Assembly: GCA_963765765.1 (NCBI GenBank)
Contig: CAVXYC010000032.1
Coordinates: 64,001 to 128,000, forward strand
Length of the DNA: 64,000 nucleotides
Source: an uncultured Chloroflexia bacterium
Lineage (GTDB): Bacteria; Chloroflexota; UBA6077; JACCZL01
Direction: 5' to 3'
Both the position numbers and the translations under genes were made by a program. Of this stretch, positions 10,115 through 19,766 are shown one piece after another. Each line of letters opens with the position of its first letter. The first letter of the stretch is position 1. The notes beneath the pieces were generated by a model. It did no database searches, was not told the origin of the DNA, and saw only the letters and a program-made list of their open reading frames with translations.

Positions 10115-10411
10115 AACGGGCCTGCTCGGCATTGAAACACCGAACAGGGTCTTGCTAGCTCGCCAGTCCCGCCTCAGTTCGGCTTCGAAGCTTGGCCCGC
10201 GCGCCGGCAACCCGTGCACCAACACCTATTCGTTGGTCTTAACCGAGTACACGCTGGTCCGAATTCAACGTATTTGGACGCCGCCAGAAGAGTCGGCAGC
10301 AACCCGCGGATTCGAGCGAGGATGTAAGAGGTCACCAGCAGGCAGTGTCGGGGGTATCCTCGGGTTTCCCGTTCGTGATTCGCGCTGCCGGGAACGTGAG
10401 CTAGCGTTTGC
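10115..10411 (-). ncRNA. Candidate ~300-nt structured non-coding RNA (family unknown)
   Basis: Closing stem GCTAGCTC/GAGCTAGC (10154-10161 with 10398-10405), several internal hairpins, upstream TACGGT -10-like hexamer, downstream terminator, no credible ORF. Confidence 0.45.
10118..10150 (-). terminator. Hairpin terminator, minus strand
   Basis: CCTGTTCGGTGTT-TC-AATGCCGAGCAGG pairs fully only on the minus strand (G-U pairs); followed by CCCGTTCTT. Confidence 0.5.
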
Positions 10412-10597
10412 GGAGCCACCGTAAAGCCAGTTGACCACAACACTTGGAGTTGTCCCCGCCCCGGTGCCCAGGGCGGTTCACGCCTCGAGTGTCAGCCTTC
10501 GAGGACTACGAGCAGCTTCACGTCGGCGCCATGGTCAAGGCGATGCCGCGGACCCGCTAGGGCCGCCATCGCGCGCTGGCAGAGGTGAGCCCGGGGA

Positions 10598-11467
10598 TCA
10601 GGAAAGTGGTTTTCCACCGGTGACGCCCACGACCTCGCCGTTGATGTACCGTGACTCATCAGAAGCGAGGAACACGTAGAGCGGTGCGAGCTCGGCGGGC
10701 TGGGCCGGGCGGCCCATAGGGTAGCCCTCGCCGAAGTGCGCCGCCTTCTCCTCCGGGATGGTCGACACGATCAGCGGTGTCCAGACCGGCCGGGTGCCAC
10801 GGCATTTACCCGGATACCACGCGTGATCGTCTCCTGGGCGAGCGCCTTAGTGAACGTGACGATGGCACCTTTGCTCGTAGCATAGGGCAGGAGCTGGGGC
10901 GAGGGCTGGTAGGCCTGGATGGACGTGGTGTTGATGACCGCGCTGCCCTCGCCCATCAGCGGCAGGGCGGCCTGGGAGAGATGGAACATGGCCGAGATGT
11001 TGGTCCTCAGCGTGAACTCCCACTCATCGGCCGAAAACTCAGCGATGCCGTCACGCTGCATCTGGTACGCGGCGTTGTTGACCAGGACGTCCAGGCGCCC
11101 CAGCTCGTCGGTGGTCCTCCGGATGAGGTCGCGGCAATGGCTCGCCTCAGCGATGTCGCCCGGGGCGAGGACGGCCCGGCGGCCGGCCGCTTCGACGACC
11201 CGTGCGGTCTCGTGCGCGTCGGACTCCTCATTGAGGTACGAGATGAGGATGTCCGCCCCCTCGCGGGCGTAGGCCAGCGCCACCGCGCGACCAATCCCGC
11301 TGTCCGCGCCGGTGATGAGCGCGACCCGCCCTTGTAAGCGCCCACTTCCGCGGTAGGTCTGCTCGCCAAAATCGGGCCGTGGCTGCATCTCGGATTCGAG
11401 GGCCCGGATGGTCCTGGCGCTGTTCGGGGAAGGGTGGCTGGGGTTCAACCTGCTTGGGGTCCTGCAT
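10598..11467 (-). CDS. SDR oxidoreductase (YdaD/YghA type), two frameshifts
   Basis: MQDPKQ..PQPPFPEQ, YRGSGRLQGRVALITGADSGIGRA, YATSK, NAVAPG, MGRPAQPAELAP; shifts near 11400 and 10790. Confidence 0.88.
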
Positions 11468-11974
11468 GAGTTGTGTGCTCCTCTTGTGTTTAAGCGCTCG
11501 GCTCGGCAATCGATACTCCGCGCGCCGAGACCACCCCCGGGGATGTTCCCAGTGTGCGGACCACTGCCGGCCAGCAAGTACAACCGGCGTACCGTCACCT
11601 GCTGAGGCGGGGCGGCGGCGGACCAGCACCTGCTTGAGCGCATTGTGGCGATCGCGCCAGCCGTTGGGTGGGCCGACATCATGATGTCTGAGCGCCATTT
11701 CGCGGCCTCGGATGCAGGTCCCGTGCCGCACAGCCCCGCTTCAACGGCTCCTGAAGCGCCCGGACGTCAGCTGGGCCGTGGATCCCGAGATCGAGGTGCC
11801 GCTCATTTCCGTGGTGGTGCTTGACCGGTCGTCATGATCGATCGCGGGGAGGGCGCGGTGATCTTAATAGTGGGATTATCAGACCCTGGCCAGCTCTGCG
11901 GAAACCGCATGGCATAGCACCTGCGAGGCCGACGGTCGGCTCGCAGCGATACGCCGCGAGCGAAGGTGGTCTCT

Positions 11975-12343
11975 ATGGAATCGGATACCCCGTCGGGCAT
12001 GCTGAGTGGCTATATCTGTCCCACCTGCGGCGGCGCATTGTGGGGACAGCGCGATGGGCATAGTGCGACCGCGTACGAATGCCGCATCGGGCACTCCTTC
12101 ACCGCGGAGCAGCTCTGGACAGCCCACTGCGCGCAACGAAACCAGGCGCTGATGGTGGCCGAGCGGTCGCTGGCGGAGAACGCTGCGCTCGCCCGTGAGT
12201 TGGCGGAGCTGGGTCGAGCGCTCGGCAAGGACAGTCTCGCGGCGGACCTTGAGGACGAAGCCGCGACCGAGGAGCGCTACCTCGCGCAGGTGCGGGCCAT
12301 GCTGGACGGCCTCCAGGAGGATGACGGCGCCGCCAACGCCTAG
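11975..12343 (+). CDS. Stand-alone CPxCGG/CRxGH domain protein (like the C-terminal domain of some CheB-family proteins)
   Basis: YICPTCGGALW...YECRIGHSFT followed by a coiled coil. Confidence 0.7.
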   Translation: MESDTPSGMLSGYICPTCGGALWGQRDGHSATAYECRIGHSFTAEQLWTAHCAQRNQALMVAERSLAENAALARELAELGRALGKDSLAADLEDEAATEERYLAQVRAMLDGLQEDDGAANA

Positions 12344-12462
12344 CGCAGCGCGGCAATTATCTGCTCGGAAATACTCGATGCACGCAGCTCTCCCTGGCCA
12401 GGGTGGGTTGGTGGCCATAGGGAACTGTCTGCCACCCGACCCCCAGCCTAAGGACTCCATCC

Positions 12463-13169
12463 ATGCGAAGACCTCGACCGCCGTCGCCCACACTCGGTTA
12501 TCAGGACTGGCGGGAGCTTCTCTTCCTCCACTGGCCGGTGTCCCCGGACGTTCTCCTGCCGATGATTCCGGCCCCGCTCACGCTGGACCTCTTTCGGGAG
12601 GTGGCCTATGTCAGCCTGGTTCCCTTTGTGATCAAATCCGCCCGTCCAATCGGCCTGCCGGAGCGTTCGGCGTGGATTTTCAGGAGACGAACGTCCGCAC
12701 CTATGTGCGCGCGAGGGGAGAGGATCCTGGCATCTACATGTTCTCGCTCGACGCCGGATCGCGCGCGGCGGTCCTCGGAGCTCGCCTCGCGTACGGCTTG
12801 CCATACTACTTCGCTGATACATGGCTGCGACGTGACCGGGATGGGGTAGACTACGCGCTGCGTCGCCGCTCGGGCACACAACCCCGCCTCCGTGTCCGGT
12901 ACCGGCCCGGGGAGGTCCTGGGTGTGTCGGCTCCCGGCACGCTCGACCACTTCTTGATCGAACGATATCGGTTACACGTCAAGCGTGGCCCGACGATGTG
13001 GACGCTCCCGGTCAGCCACGCACCCTACGTGCTCCAGCGGGCTCACGTCCTGGCGCTCGAGAGTCAACTAATCGGCACCGCGGGCATCGCCACGCTCGGG
13101 GAAGTGTCCTTGGCGCACTACGTGGCCGGCGTGAACGTCTCGCTCCTCCCGCCCCGGGTGACGGTCTAG
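12463..13169 (+). CDS. DUF2071 (YqjF) family protein, one frameshift
   Basis: YQDWRELLFLHWPV, VSLVPF, ETNVRTYV, FSLDA, LPYY, FLIERY; shift near 12665. Confidence 0.85.
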
Positions 13170-13250
13170 GGACTGGCGGGGAACGGCGGTCTTCGCCCTC
13201 GGCATGACCCTTGCACAACGCTGCGCCACACCGCCAAGGAGTCTCATCGC

Positions 13251-13763
13251 ATGACCAGCGAGACCCAGACGCGAGGCGTCGACGCGCAGGAGGCGACGTA
13301 CCTCGCGATCACCAGCACATTCCTCACAGCCTTCGGGGCTTTCGTAGCGTCCGTCGGATCGCGCCGCGCATTTGAGCCCCGGGCTACCGACCTCGTCTTG
13401 CTCGGCCTGGCGTCCCAACGGCTCGGGAGACTGGTGGCATTCGACCGAGTCGCCCAGCCAGAGCGGCAGTTATTCACTCGGACGGTGGAGGACGCGAGCG
13501 GGGCGGGCGAGACAGTGGTCGCCACCGGTCGGGGCGCGCGCCGAGCGATCGGCGAGTTGTTATCGTGTCCCGTCTGCATCGGCACATGGTCGGCGGCAGC
13601 GCTCACCTACGCGCTGCACTTGGCGCCCGGGCCCGCGCGTATCTTCATCACTATCCTCGCGGCCAGCGGGTTGGCCGAGCTCTCCAATTCCGCGGTGGAA
13701 GCAATGAGCTGGAGCAGCCGTGCCGCGCGCACCGAGGTCGGGGAACGTCTTTCCCAGCATTGA
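13251..13763 (+). CDS. DUF1360 family membrane protein
   Basis: DLVLLGLASQRLGRLVAFDRV, AIGELLSCPVCIGTW. Confidence 0.85.
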   Translation: MTSETQTRGVDAQEATYLAITSTFLTAFGAFVASVGSRRAFEPRATDLVLLGLASQRLGRLVAFDRVAQPERQLFTRTVEDASGAGETVVATGRGARRAIGELLSCPVCIGTWSAAALTYALHLAPGPARIFITILAASGLAELSNSAVEAMSWSSRAARTEVGERLSQH

Positions 13764-14076
13764 TTGCTCACTTCCAGTGCCGCGCGCTCGTCCTACCGGC
13801 CGCGCCCCTGGGTTCCTAGACGACGCGAGCGCCGCGGACGTGGCATCGTCTAGGCTGCACCATCGCAACTGGGGCCCCGGTCTGAGCGCCGACGGCTAGC
13901 GCTTTTCTCGGTGACCTGGTTGGCGTCGGCGTTCATCTGGTGCGCCCCGCTTCCGACGTGGGTATGCGAGCGCCGTGATGCATTGCAAGCAGTGGGCGCG
14001 TCAGCACACCTTGGGGGTGGAGGCCGCGGGTACTCGGGCAAGAGTACCCGCGGCCATGTCAACTCTTAGTCGACTT

Positions 14077-14340
14077 CTAGTCGTCTGGTCCGAAGTTATC
14101 GGGGAAGATCAGTCGACGAAAGCCTTCCACCACGAGTCCAGTGGCTCCTAATGCGGCGAAAGGCATCAGGCAATCCAATGGTGAGGCCAGAGGCATCATC
14201 GTGCGCGGAAGACCCGGGGGTGGCACAGGTGGAGCGAGCACCAGATTGGATCGGTTCTGCCAGAAAAGGTACACCACTCCCATGGACGCCAGTCCCGCGA
14301 GAATGAGCCCAAGCCCGACGAGTCGCTCTCGCAGGGCCAT
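14077..14340 (-). CDS. Small two-TM membrane protein
   Basis: Two hydrophobic segments; starts 2 nt after the GT2 stop. Confidence 0.6.
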   Translation of the reverse strand: MALRERLVGLGLILAGLASMGVVYLFWQNRSNLVLAPPVPPPGLPRTMMPLASPLDCLMPFAALGATGLVVEGFRRLIFPDNFGPDD

Positions 14341-14342
14341 GG

Positions 14343-15092
14343 TTAAGGGCTATGCTCCCTGCTGGTGAGAGGCGCGGCTGGCCCCTGTCGAGCGAGCTCC
14401 TCGTCTAGGTGAAGACGAAGCCAGATGAGCTCGCGAAACGCCCGCGCGATCACGTCGAGTCGCGCGCCGGTGGGTTGACCCGCGGGACGCGGATAGTGGC
14501 TGGCCCGATGCTCGATGATGCGGTAGCCGAGGCGACGGGCCTTGATCAGGAACTCCGCGCTGAATGTCGCGCCAGTGGCGCGCACATGGACACGGTCCAG
14601 AATGGATCGGCGAAAGAGCTTGAATGCACAGTCTACGTCTTTCGCGGTGTAGCCAAACAGCACATTGACCAAGGAGTTCCACCCCCAACCAAAGAATAGT
14701 CGCTTCGGGGGGTCTCTTCGTGGGTCTCGGTAGCCGATGACCAGGTCCGCGTTCCGCATCAACGGCAAGAAGTTCACCAGCTCTCGGATATCGAATTGCT
14801 TGTCGCCGTCCGTAAGAAAGACCAGCTCGCGTGTGGCGGCACCGAACCCAGTTCCCAGCGCCGCGCCGTATCCACGGTTGTGCTCATGGCTGACGCAGCG
14901 AACGTGGGCATTACTGGCGGACAGCTTGTCCATGACTGCACGAGTTCCATCGCGGCTTCCGTCGTTCACTACGATGACCTCGTAATCCGACGTCAGGGTT
15001 TGAAGGAAATCGACCACGGCGCCGACAGTAGCGCCAATGACAGCCTCTTCGTTGAAGGCGGGCAGAACTACGGAAATGCTGGGTTGGGACAC
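14343..15092 (-). CDS. GT2 glycosyltransferase (DPM1/ArnC-like)
   Basis: ISVVLPAFNEE, VNDGSRDGT, NRGYGAAL, TDGDKQF, DVDCAFKLFRR. Confidence 0.92.
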   Translation of the reverse strand: MSQPSISVVLPAFNEEAVIGATVGAVVDFLQTLTSDYEVIVVNDGSRDGTRAVMDKLSASNAHVRCVSHEHNRGYGAALGTGFGAATRELVFLTDGDKQFDIRELVNFLPLMRNADLVIGYRDPRRDPPKRLFFGWGWNSLVNVLFGYTAKDVDCAFKLFRRSILDRVHVRATGATFSAEFLIKARRLGYRIIEHRASHYPRPAGQPTGARLDVIARAFRELIWLRLHLDEELARQGPAAPLTSREHSP

Positions 15093-15227
15093 TAAGGCTC
15101 CGTCCGGCGGGGACGCGCGGGTGAGGTTGAGTATAGGGAAACGCCGGCCGGGCCCGCTGACAGCATGTTTTGAGTCGGCCCCTGCCGATTCGCGCGGAGC
15201 TGCAGGTACCTATGTCTATAATGTCGC

Positions 15228-15713
15228 GTGGCCCAATGTGCTCGCGCGCGTGAGAAAGTGCTGCCTCTGGACGCCCTGATTATCTCGCTCGAGACCATTC
15301 GACCCCGGCGCATCGCACTCACCAACGGCTGTTTCGATCTCCTCCACCTGGGGCACATTCGTTCGCTCGAGCACGCGGCGTCGTTAGGCGACGTTTTGAT
15401 CGTCGGCATCAATAGTGACGATTCGGTGAAGGCGCTAAAGGGCGCGGATCGGCCGCTCCTTCCCGCCGACGAGCGGGCTGAGATGATTGCGGCGCTCGGT
15501 TGCGTGGATCTGGTGACGATCTTTTCCGAGCTCACTGCTGAGGCGCTCGTTAGGGCAGTGAAGCCAGATGTTTACGTCAAGGGTGCAGACTATGGCGAAG
15601 CACCTCTTCCCGAGGCTGCAATTGTGCGAGGCTACGGCGGACAAATCGAGCTTGTGCCGCTTGTTCCCGGTCTGTCCACCAGCTCCATCATCGAACGCAT
15701 GCGCGCTCACTGA
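15228..15713 (+). CDS. rfaE2: RfaE domain II-type adenylyl/cytidylyltransferase
   Basis: TNGCFDLLHLGH, VGINSDDSV, KGADRP, YVKGADY, STSSII. Confidence 0.85.
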   Translation: MAQCARAREKVLPLDALIISLETIRPRRIALTNGCFDLLHLGHIRSLEHAASLGDVLIVGINSDDSVKALKGADRPLLPADERAEMIAALGCVDLVTIFSELTAEALVRAVKPDVYVKGADYGEAPLPEAAIVRGYGGQIELVPLVPGLSTSSIIERMRAH

Positions 15714-15825
15714 CCACGTTGATTGCTGCCACGCGGCTGGCTCGAGCGATCCGAGCTCGCCATGGGCGTGTTGACGCCAGAACAGAAGACCCAGCTCATC
15801 GCATGAGCGGATTTCGAGGATAAGA

Positions 15826-17127
15826 ATGACGCGTTGGTTCGTGAGGCTGGCTCTGCTCGTGGCGTTGGCGAGCACGGCACGCGCGGCCGTGCATGCAGAA
15901 GAGCTATCGGATAATCAGCGCGCTGAAATACAGGCTGATGTCTCCGTGATACGAGGCCTCCCTGCCATTTCGGACGTCGCAATCAAACGCGTCAGTCAAG
16001 CGGAGCTACGGGCTCAGTTCCTTGAAGAGCTCAATGACCCGGAGACGATCGAGTCGCTCAAGACGACAAAGAAGTACAACGTGCTCCTTGGTCTGGTTCC
16101 GGCTGACATTGATCTCCATGACGTTCTAGTCAGTACGCTCTCCGGCGCGGTCATCGGACAGTATCGTCCAGCCGATAAGACGATGTATCTGGTGGCGGAT
16201 GAGAGCGCGTCTGTGGGACCCGACACCAAGATCGTCGTTGCACACGAATATACCCACGCGCTGCAGGACCAACACTTTGGACTCGAAGCGCTCACCTCGA
16301 AGACTAAGGATCACGACGACCGGGCTCAGGCCTTACGAGCCTTGTTCGAGGGCGATGCATCCATCGTTGAGCTTCTCTACGAGCGGGAGCGAATCTCCGG
16401 GGACGAGGCGGCAGAGCTGCGCCGTCAGCGCTCTCAGGCTCCCGATACCATGTTGACTGCCCCGTTCATCCTGCAGGAAGAGCTAAAGTTTCCGTACGTC
16501 GAAGGCATCTTTTTCAATATCGACCTCTGGCAACGTGGCGGATTCTCAGCAATCGACGGAGCATATCGGGATCCGCCAGTCTCCACGGAGCAGATCCTTC
16601 ATCCGGAGAAATACGAGTCTCGCGAAGCGCCGGTGGAGCTAGGGATGCCTGATCTACTTCCCGTGTTTGGCCCCGAGTGGCGTCAAACATACGCGAACGT
16701 GATGGGGGAGCTTGAACTGCGCATACTCATTGAGCAGTTCACTGACTCTTCATTGGCCGCGCGCGCCGCGGCAGGGTGGGGCGGCGACGCGTTCGTTGTT
16801 CTGGAGGGCCCGGGGGAGCATGTTGCCTGGGTGATGGACAGCGCCTGGGATTCCGATGAAGAGGCACGCGAATTCTCGGATTCCTTCGGGTTTGCGCTCC
16901 AGCGGCGGTTCGGGACGTCCCGCGCCACCCTGCAAGAGGAGGGTGGAAAGGCGCTATGGAGCACTCCGGTGGGAGTGGTTGGCGCGGCTGGGTCGGGCTC
17001 CCGCGTAGCGATTGTCTACGCGCCTGATCGGGCTCAATCAGAAGCCGTGCTGGCCTTATTGTCACCTCAATCCACGGCACCCAGGCTTCCGGTCGCAACC
17101 CCTAAACCAGCGCCCGATTCGCCCTAA
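15826..17127 (+). CDS. Secreted HExxH zincin-like protein
   Basis: Signal peptide; AHEYTHALQDQHF, EGDA, FPYVEG, PPVSTEQILHPEKY, AAAGWGGD. Confidence 0.8.
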   Translation: MTRWFVRLALLVALASTARAAVHAEELSDNQRAEIQADVSVIRGLPAISDVAIKRVSQAELRAQFLEELNDPETIESLKTTKKYNVLLGLVPADIDLHDVLVSTLSGAVIGQYRPADKTMYLVADESASVGPDTKIVVAHEYTHALQDQHFGLEALTSKTKDHDDRAQALRALFEGDASIVELLYERERISGDEAAELRRQRSQAPDTMLTAPFILQEELKFPYVEGIFFNIDLWQRGGFSAIDGAYRDPPVSTEQILHPEKYESREAPVELGMPDLLPVFGPEWRQTYANVMGELELRILIEQFTDSSLAARAAAGWGGDAFVVLEGPGEHVAWVMDSAWDSDEEAREFSDSFGFALQRRFGTSRATLQEEGGKALWSTPVGVVGAAGSGSRVAIVYAPDRAQSEAVLALLSPQSTAPRLPVATPKPAPDSP

Positions 17128-17179
17128 ATCCCCTCTCAGTGCCAAGTATCCTAGCGAATCCTGCTAGGATACACGTCAT

Positions 17180-18046
17180 ATGCGTCTCCGTTTCATCGGC
17201 CCGCCGACAGCTACTGCGCGTCCAGCGTCACCCGTGACATCGCGCGCCACATCCATCTCTGTCATACGTGGGGCGGCTGTAGTCGGTGGCGTGCTCATTA
17301 CGCTGCTGATAGCCCTTCCGGTAGCGGCCATATTTATTCGACTTTTTTCTCAGGGCGGAGTTCTGGAGTCGCTAGGGCGTCCACTCGTGCTCGAGGCGCT
17401 CCGACTTAGCGCGTGGACCAGCCTTGTGTCGCTCGCCCTTGCGATTGGCAGTGGTACGCCCCTGGCGTTTGCGCTGGCTCGGTACCAATTCAGGGGACGA
17501 GCATTTCTGGACAGCTTGATCGATCTCCCCATGGTGCTGCCTCCCGCCGTGGCTGGTATTGGTCTGCTGATGGCGTTTGGCCGACGCGGTCTGCTTGGTC
17601 CATGGCTCGAGAGCATGGGAATCACCATCGGCTTCACGACTGGTGCAGTCGTACTGGCACAGCTCTTCGTCGCAGCGCCGTTCTACATCCGCGCTGCCAG
17701 CGCCGGTTTCCAGGCAGTGGATCGGGAGCTGGAAGCTGCTGCTCTTGTCCACGGCGTCTCGAGCGAGAGGACCTTCTGGCGCGTCACGGTCCCGATTGCC
17801 GCTCCGGCGCTTGTGGGCGGTGCGGTCATGTGCTGGGCGCGAGCGTTAGGTGAGTTCGGGGCAACAATTATGTTTGCCGGCAGCTTCGCCGGACGTACGC
17901 AGACGATGCCCTTGGCGATCTATGCGGCGCTCGAGAGCGATCTCAACGCCGCGCTCGTCCTCTCCGCGCTGCTCGTGCTCGTTTCGATGGTTCTGTTGGT
18001 GGGGCTCCGGCTGGCGTTCAAGAGAATTACGGGTGTCGGCATCTAA
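17180..18046 (+). CDS. modB: Molybdate ABC transporter permease
   Basis: DLPMVLPPAVAGIGLL, WARALGEFGATIMFAG, TQTMPLAIY; start uncertain. Confidence 0.85.
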   Translation: MRLRFIGPPTATARPASPVTSRATSISVIRGAAVVGGVLITLLIALPVAAIFIRLFSQGGVLESLGRPLVLEALRLSAWTSLVSLALAIGSGTPLAFALARYQFRGRAFLDSLIDLPMVLPPAVAGIGLLMAFGRRGLLGPWLESMGITIGFTTGAVVLAQLFVAAPFYIRAASAGFQAVDRELEAAALVHGVSSERTFWRVTVPIAAPALVGGAVMCWARALGEFGATIMFAGSFAGRTQTMPLAIYAALESDLNAALVLSALLVLVSMVLLVGLRLAFKRITGVGI

Positions 18047-18078
18047 CACGCCGCGGTGAACATCGCTGGCGCGCCGCC

Positions 18079-18918
18079 TTAGTCGCCGCCCGACATTCGC
18101 TGGATCAGCGCCTCGAGTTCTTCATTGGAGTAGTAGTGGATCACCATACGTCCGCCGTTGGGGCCGTGGTGCAGCTCTACCTTGGTCCGCAGTGTTTCCC
18201 TGAGTCGATCTTGCAAGGCAAGCACGTCTGCATCAGTTTGGCGCGGGCTGTGAGACCCCTCTCCAGATGCCAGAAGACGGCGCGCCCTCGCCTCGGTCTT
18301 CCGCACTGAGAGGCCTTCGCTGATGACCATCGCCAGGAGCGCCTGTTGATCATCCGGCTCGGGGCAGAAGAGAAGTGCCCGTGCATGACCTTCGGTAATC
18401 GTGCCCGCGTGTAGAGCTTCCATCGCCTCTTGCTGTAGGCGCAAGAGGCGTAGCGTGTTTGCGATCGTTGCGCGATTTTTCCCAACGCGCTGCGCCACTT
18501 CATCCTGCGTCAGCCCGTGATCCTGAATGAGCTGTTGATACGCGCTGGCGGATTCCAGTGGATTGAGATCCTGACGTTGAATATTCTCCACAAGCGCCAG
18601 CTCGAGCTGCTGTCGGGGAGTGACCTCTCGTACCACCGCTGGAACCGTTGCCAGTCCGGCCTCACGCGCCGCGCGCCAGCGCCGCTCGCCTGCGATCAAC
18701 GTGTAGCCATCACCGGTCTGGCTCACGAGGAGTGGTTGGAGTAGCCCGTGTTGGCGGATCGAATTGGTCAGCTCTTCCAACGTTGCTGGATCGAAGCGCT
18801 CACGCGGCTGCGAGGGGTTGGGGACGATCGCGTCAAGCTGGACCTGGACAACGCCCCGATCTCCACGTGGGATCAGCGCATCAAGGCCCCGACCGAGACC
18901 GCCGCGTTGACTCTTCAC
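18079..18918 (-). CDS. parB: ParB/Spo0J partitioning protein
   Basis: GLGRGLDALI, PNPSQPR, LIAGERRWRAA, ENIQRQDLNPLE. Confidence 0.95.
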   Translation of the reverse strand: MKSQRGGLGRGLDALIPRGDRGVVQVQLDAIVPNPSQPRERFDPATLEELTNSIRQHGLLQPLLVSQTGDGYTLIAGERRWRAAREAGLATVPAVVREVTPRQQLELALVENIQRQDLNPLESASAYQQLIQDHGLTQDEVAQRVGKNRATIANTLRLLRLQQEAMEALHAGTITEGHARALLFCPEPDDQQALLAMVISEGLSVRKTEARARRLLASGEGSHSPRQTDADVLALQDRLRETLRTKVELHHGPNGGRMVIHYYSNEELEALIQRMSGGD

Positions 18919-19675
18919 TGCACTCTCCGGCGAACTTCTTCGGCGAGCTCCGCGTATGCCTTTGCGCCCCGGGAGCTGGGATCATATGTGCGCGCGGGTT
19001 GCCCATAGCTGGGCGCCTCACTCAGCCGCACCGACCGCGGGATGATACTCCGGAGTACGGCACGTGGAAAATGTGTCTGAACTTCTCTCACTACCTGGGT
19101 ACTCAGGCTCGTGCGTAGATCGTGCATGGTCATCAGAACGCCCAGCAGCCGGAGTTGTGGATTCATCCCCTCACGGACGAGATCGAGCGTCTCCAGGAGC
19201 TGACCCAGCCCCTCCAGTGCCAGATACTCACACTGCACGGGAATCAGCACGTCCGTAGCGGCGGCGAGCGCGTTCACCGTCAGGATGCCCAGTGAAGGTG
19301 GGCAGTCGATGATGATCGTCTCGTATGGTCCATCCAGCGCATGCAATGCGGCGGCTAGGCGGTGCTCATACCGGCCGCACCAGCGAGTTCGATCTGAGCG
19401 CCTGCCAGAGATCCGTTCGCCGGTGCGAGGTCCAGACCGGGCTGCACATCCGGATGAATGATGTCCGCCATGCTACGCTCCCCCATGATGACGTCGTAGG
19501 TGGAGCTCTCTACAGCGCGCCAGTCAACGCCGAGTGAGCTGGTGGCATTTGATTGCGAGTCCATGTCCACGAGGAGCGTTCGTGCGGTGGTCCCGAGCTC
19601 CGCGCTCAAGTTCACGGCCGTGGTGGTCTTTCCAACACCGCCCTTCTGATTGACGACCGCGATGATTCTGGACAA
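18915..19675 (-). CDS. parA: ParA/Soj ATPase (frameshift near 19355)
   Basis: NQKGGVGKTTT, DMDSQSNAT; then IDCPPSLG, PVQCEYLALEG, IPRSVRLSEAPSYG in a second frame. Confidence 0.93.
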
Positions 19676-19766
19676 CGTAATACCTAGGAGCCGATATCAA
19701 TAACTTTAAGGACCGCGGAGCATTGAGCTAACGACTCTCGCTGTCTTCGAAGCTCCTGATATCCCC

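Noticed and set aside
10083-10116. Eukaryotic telomere (TTAGGG) contamination
   Set aside because: Imperfect 7-nt period, four units, contiguous with a bacterial CDS.
10115-10411. tmRNA, RNase P RNA, SRP RNA or T-box
   Set aside because: No tRNA-like ends or CCA, no P4 consensus, no SRP helix-8 GGAA loop; the GGTGGCTCCGC T-box-like 11-mer lacks the proper context.
18915-19675. Frameshifts in parA and many other genes as programmed frameshifting or genome decay
   Set aside because: They are scattered single-base losses in otherwise well-conserved genes with few premature stops, typical of unpolished long-read consensus error.
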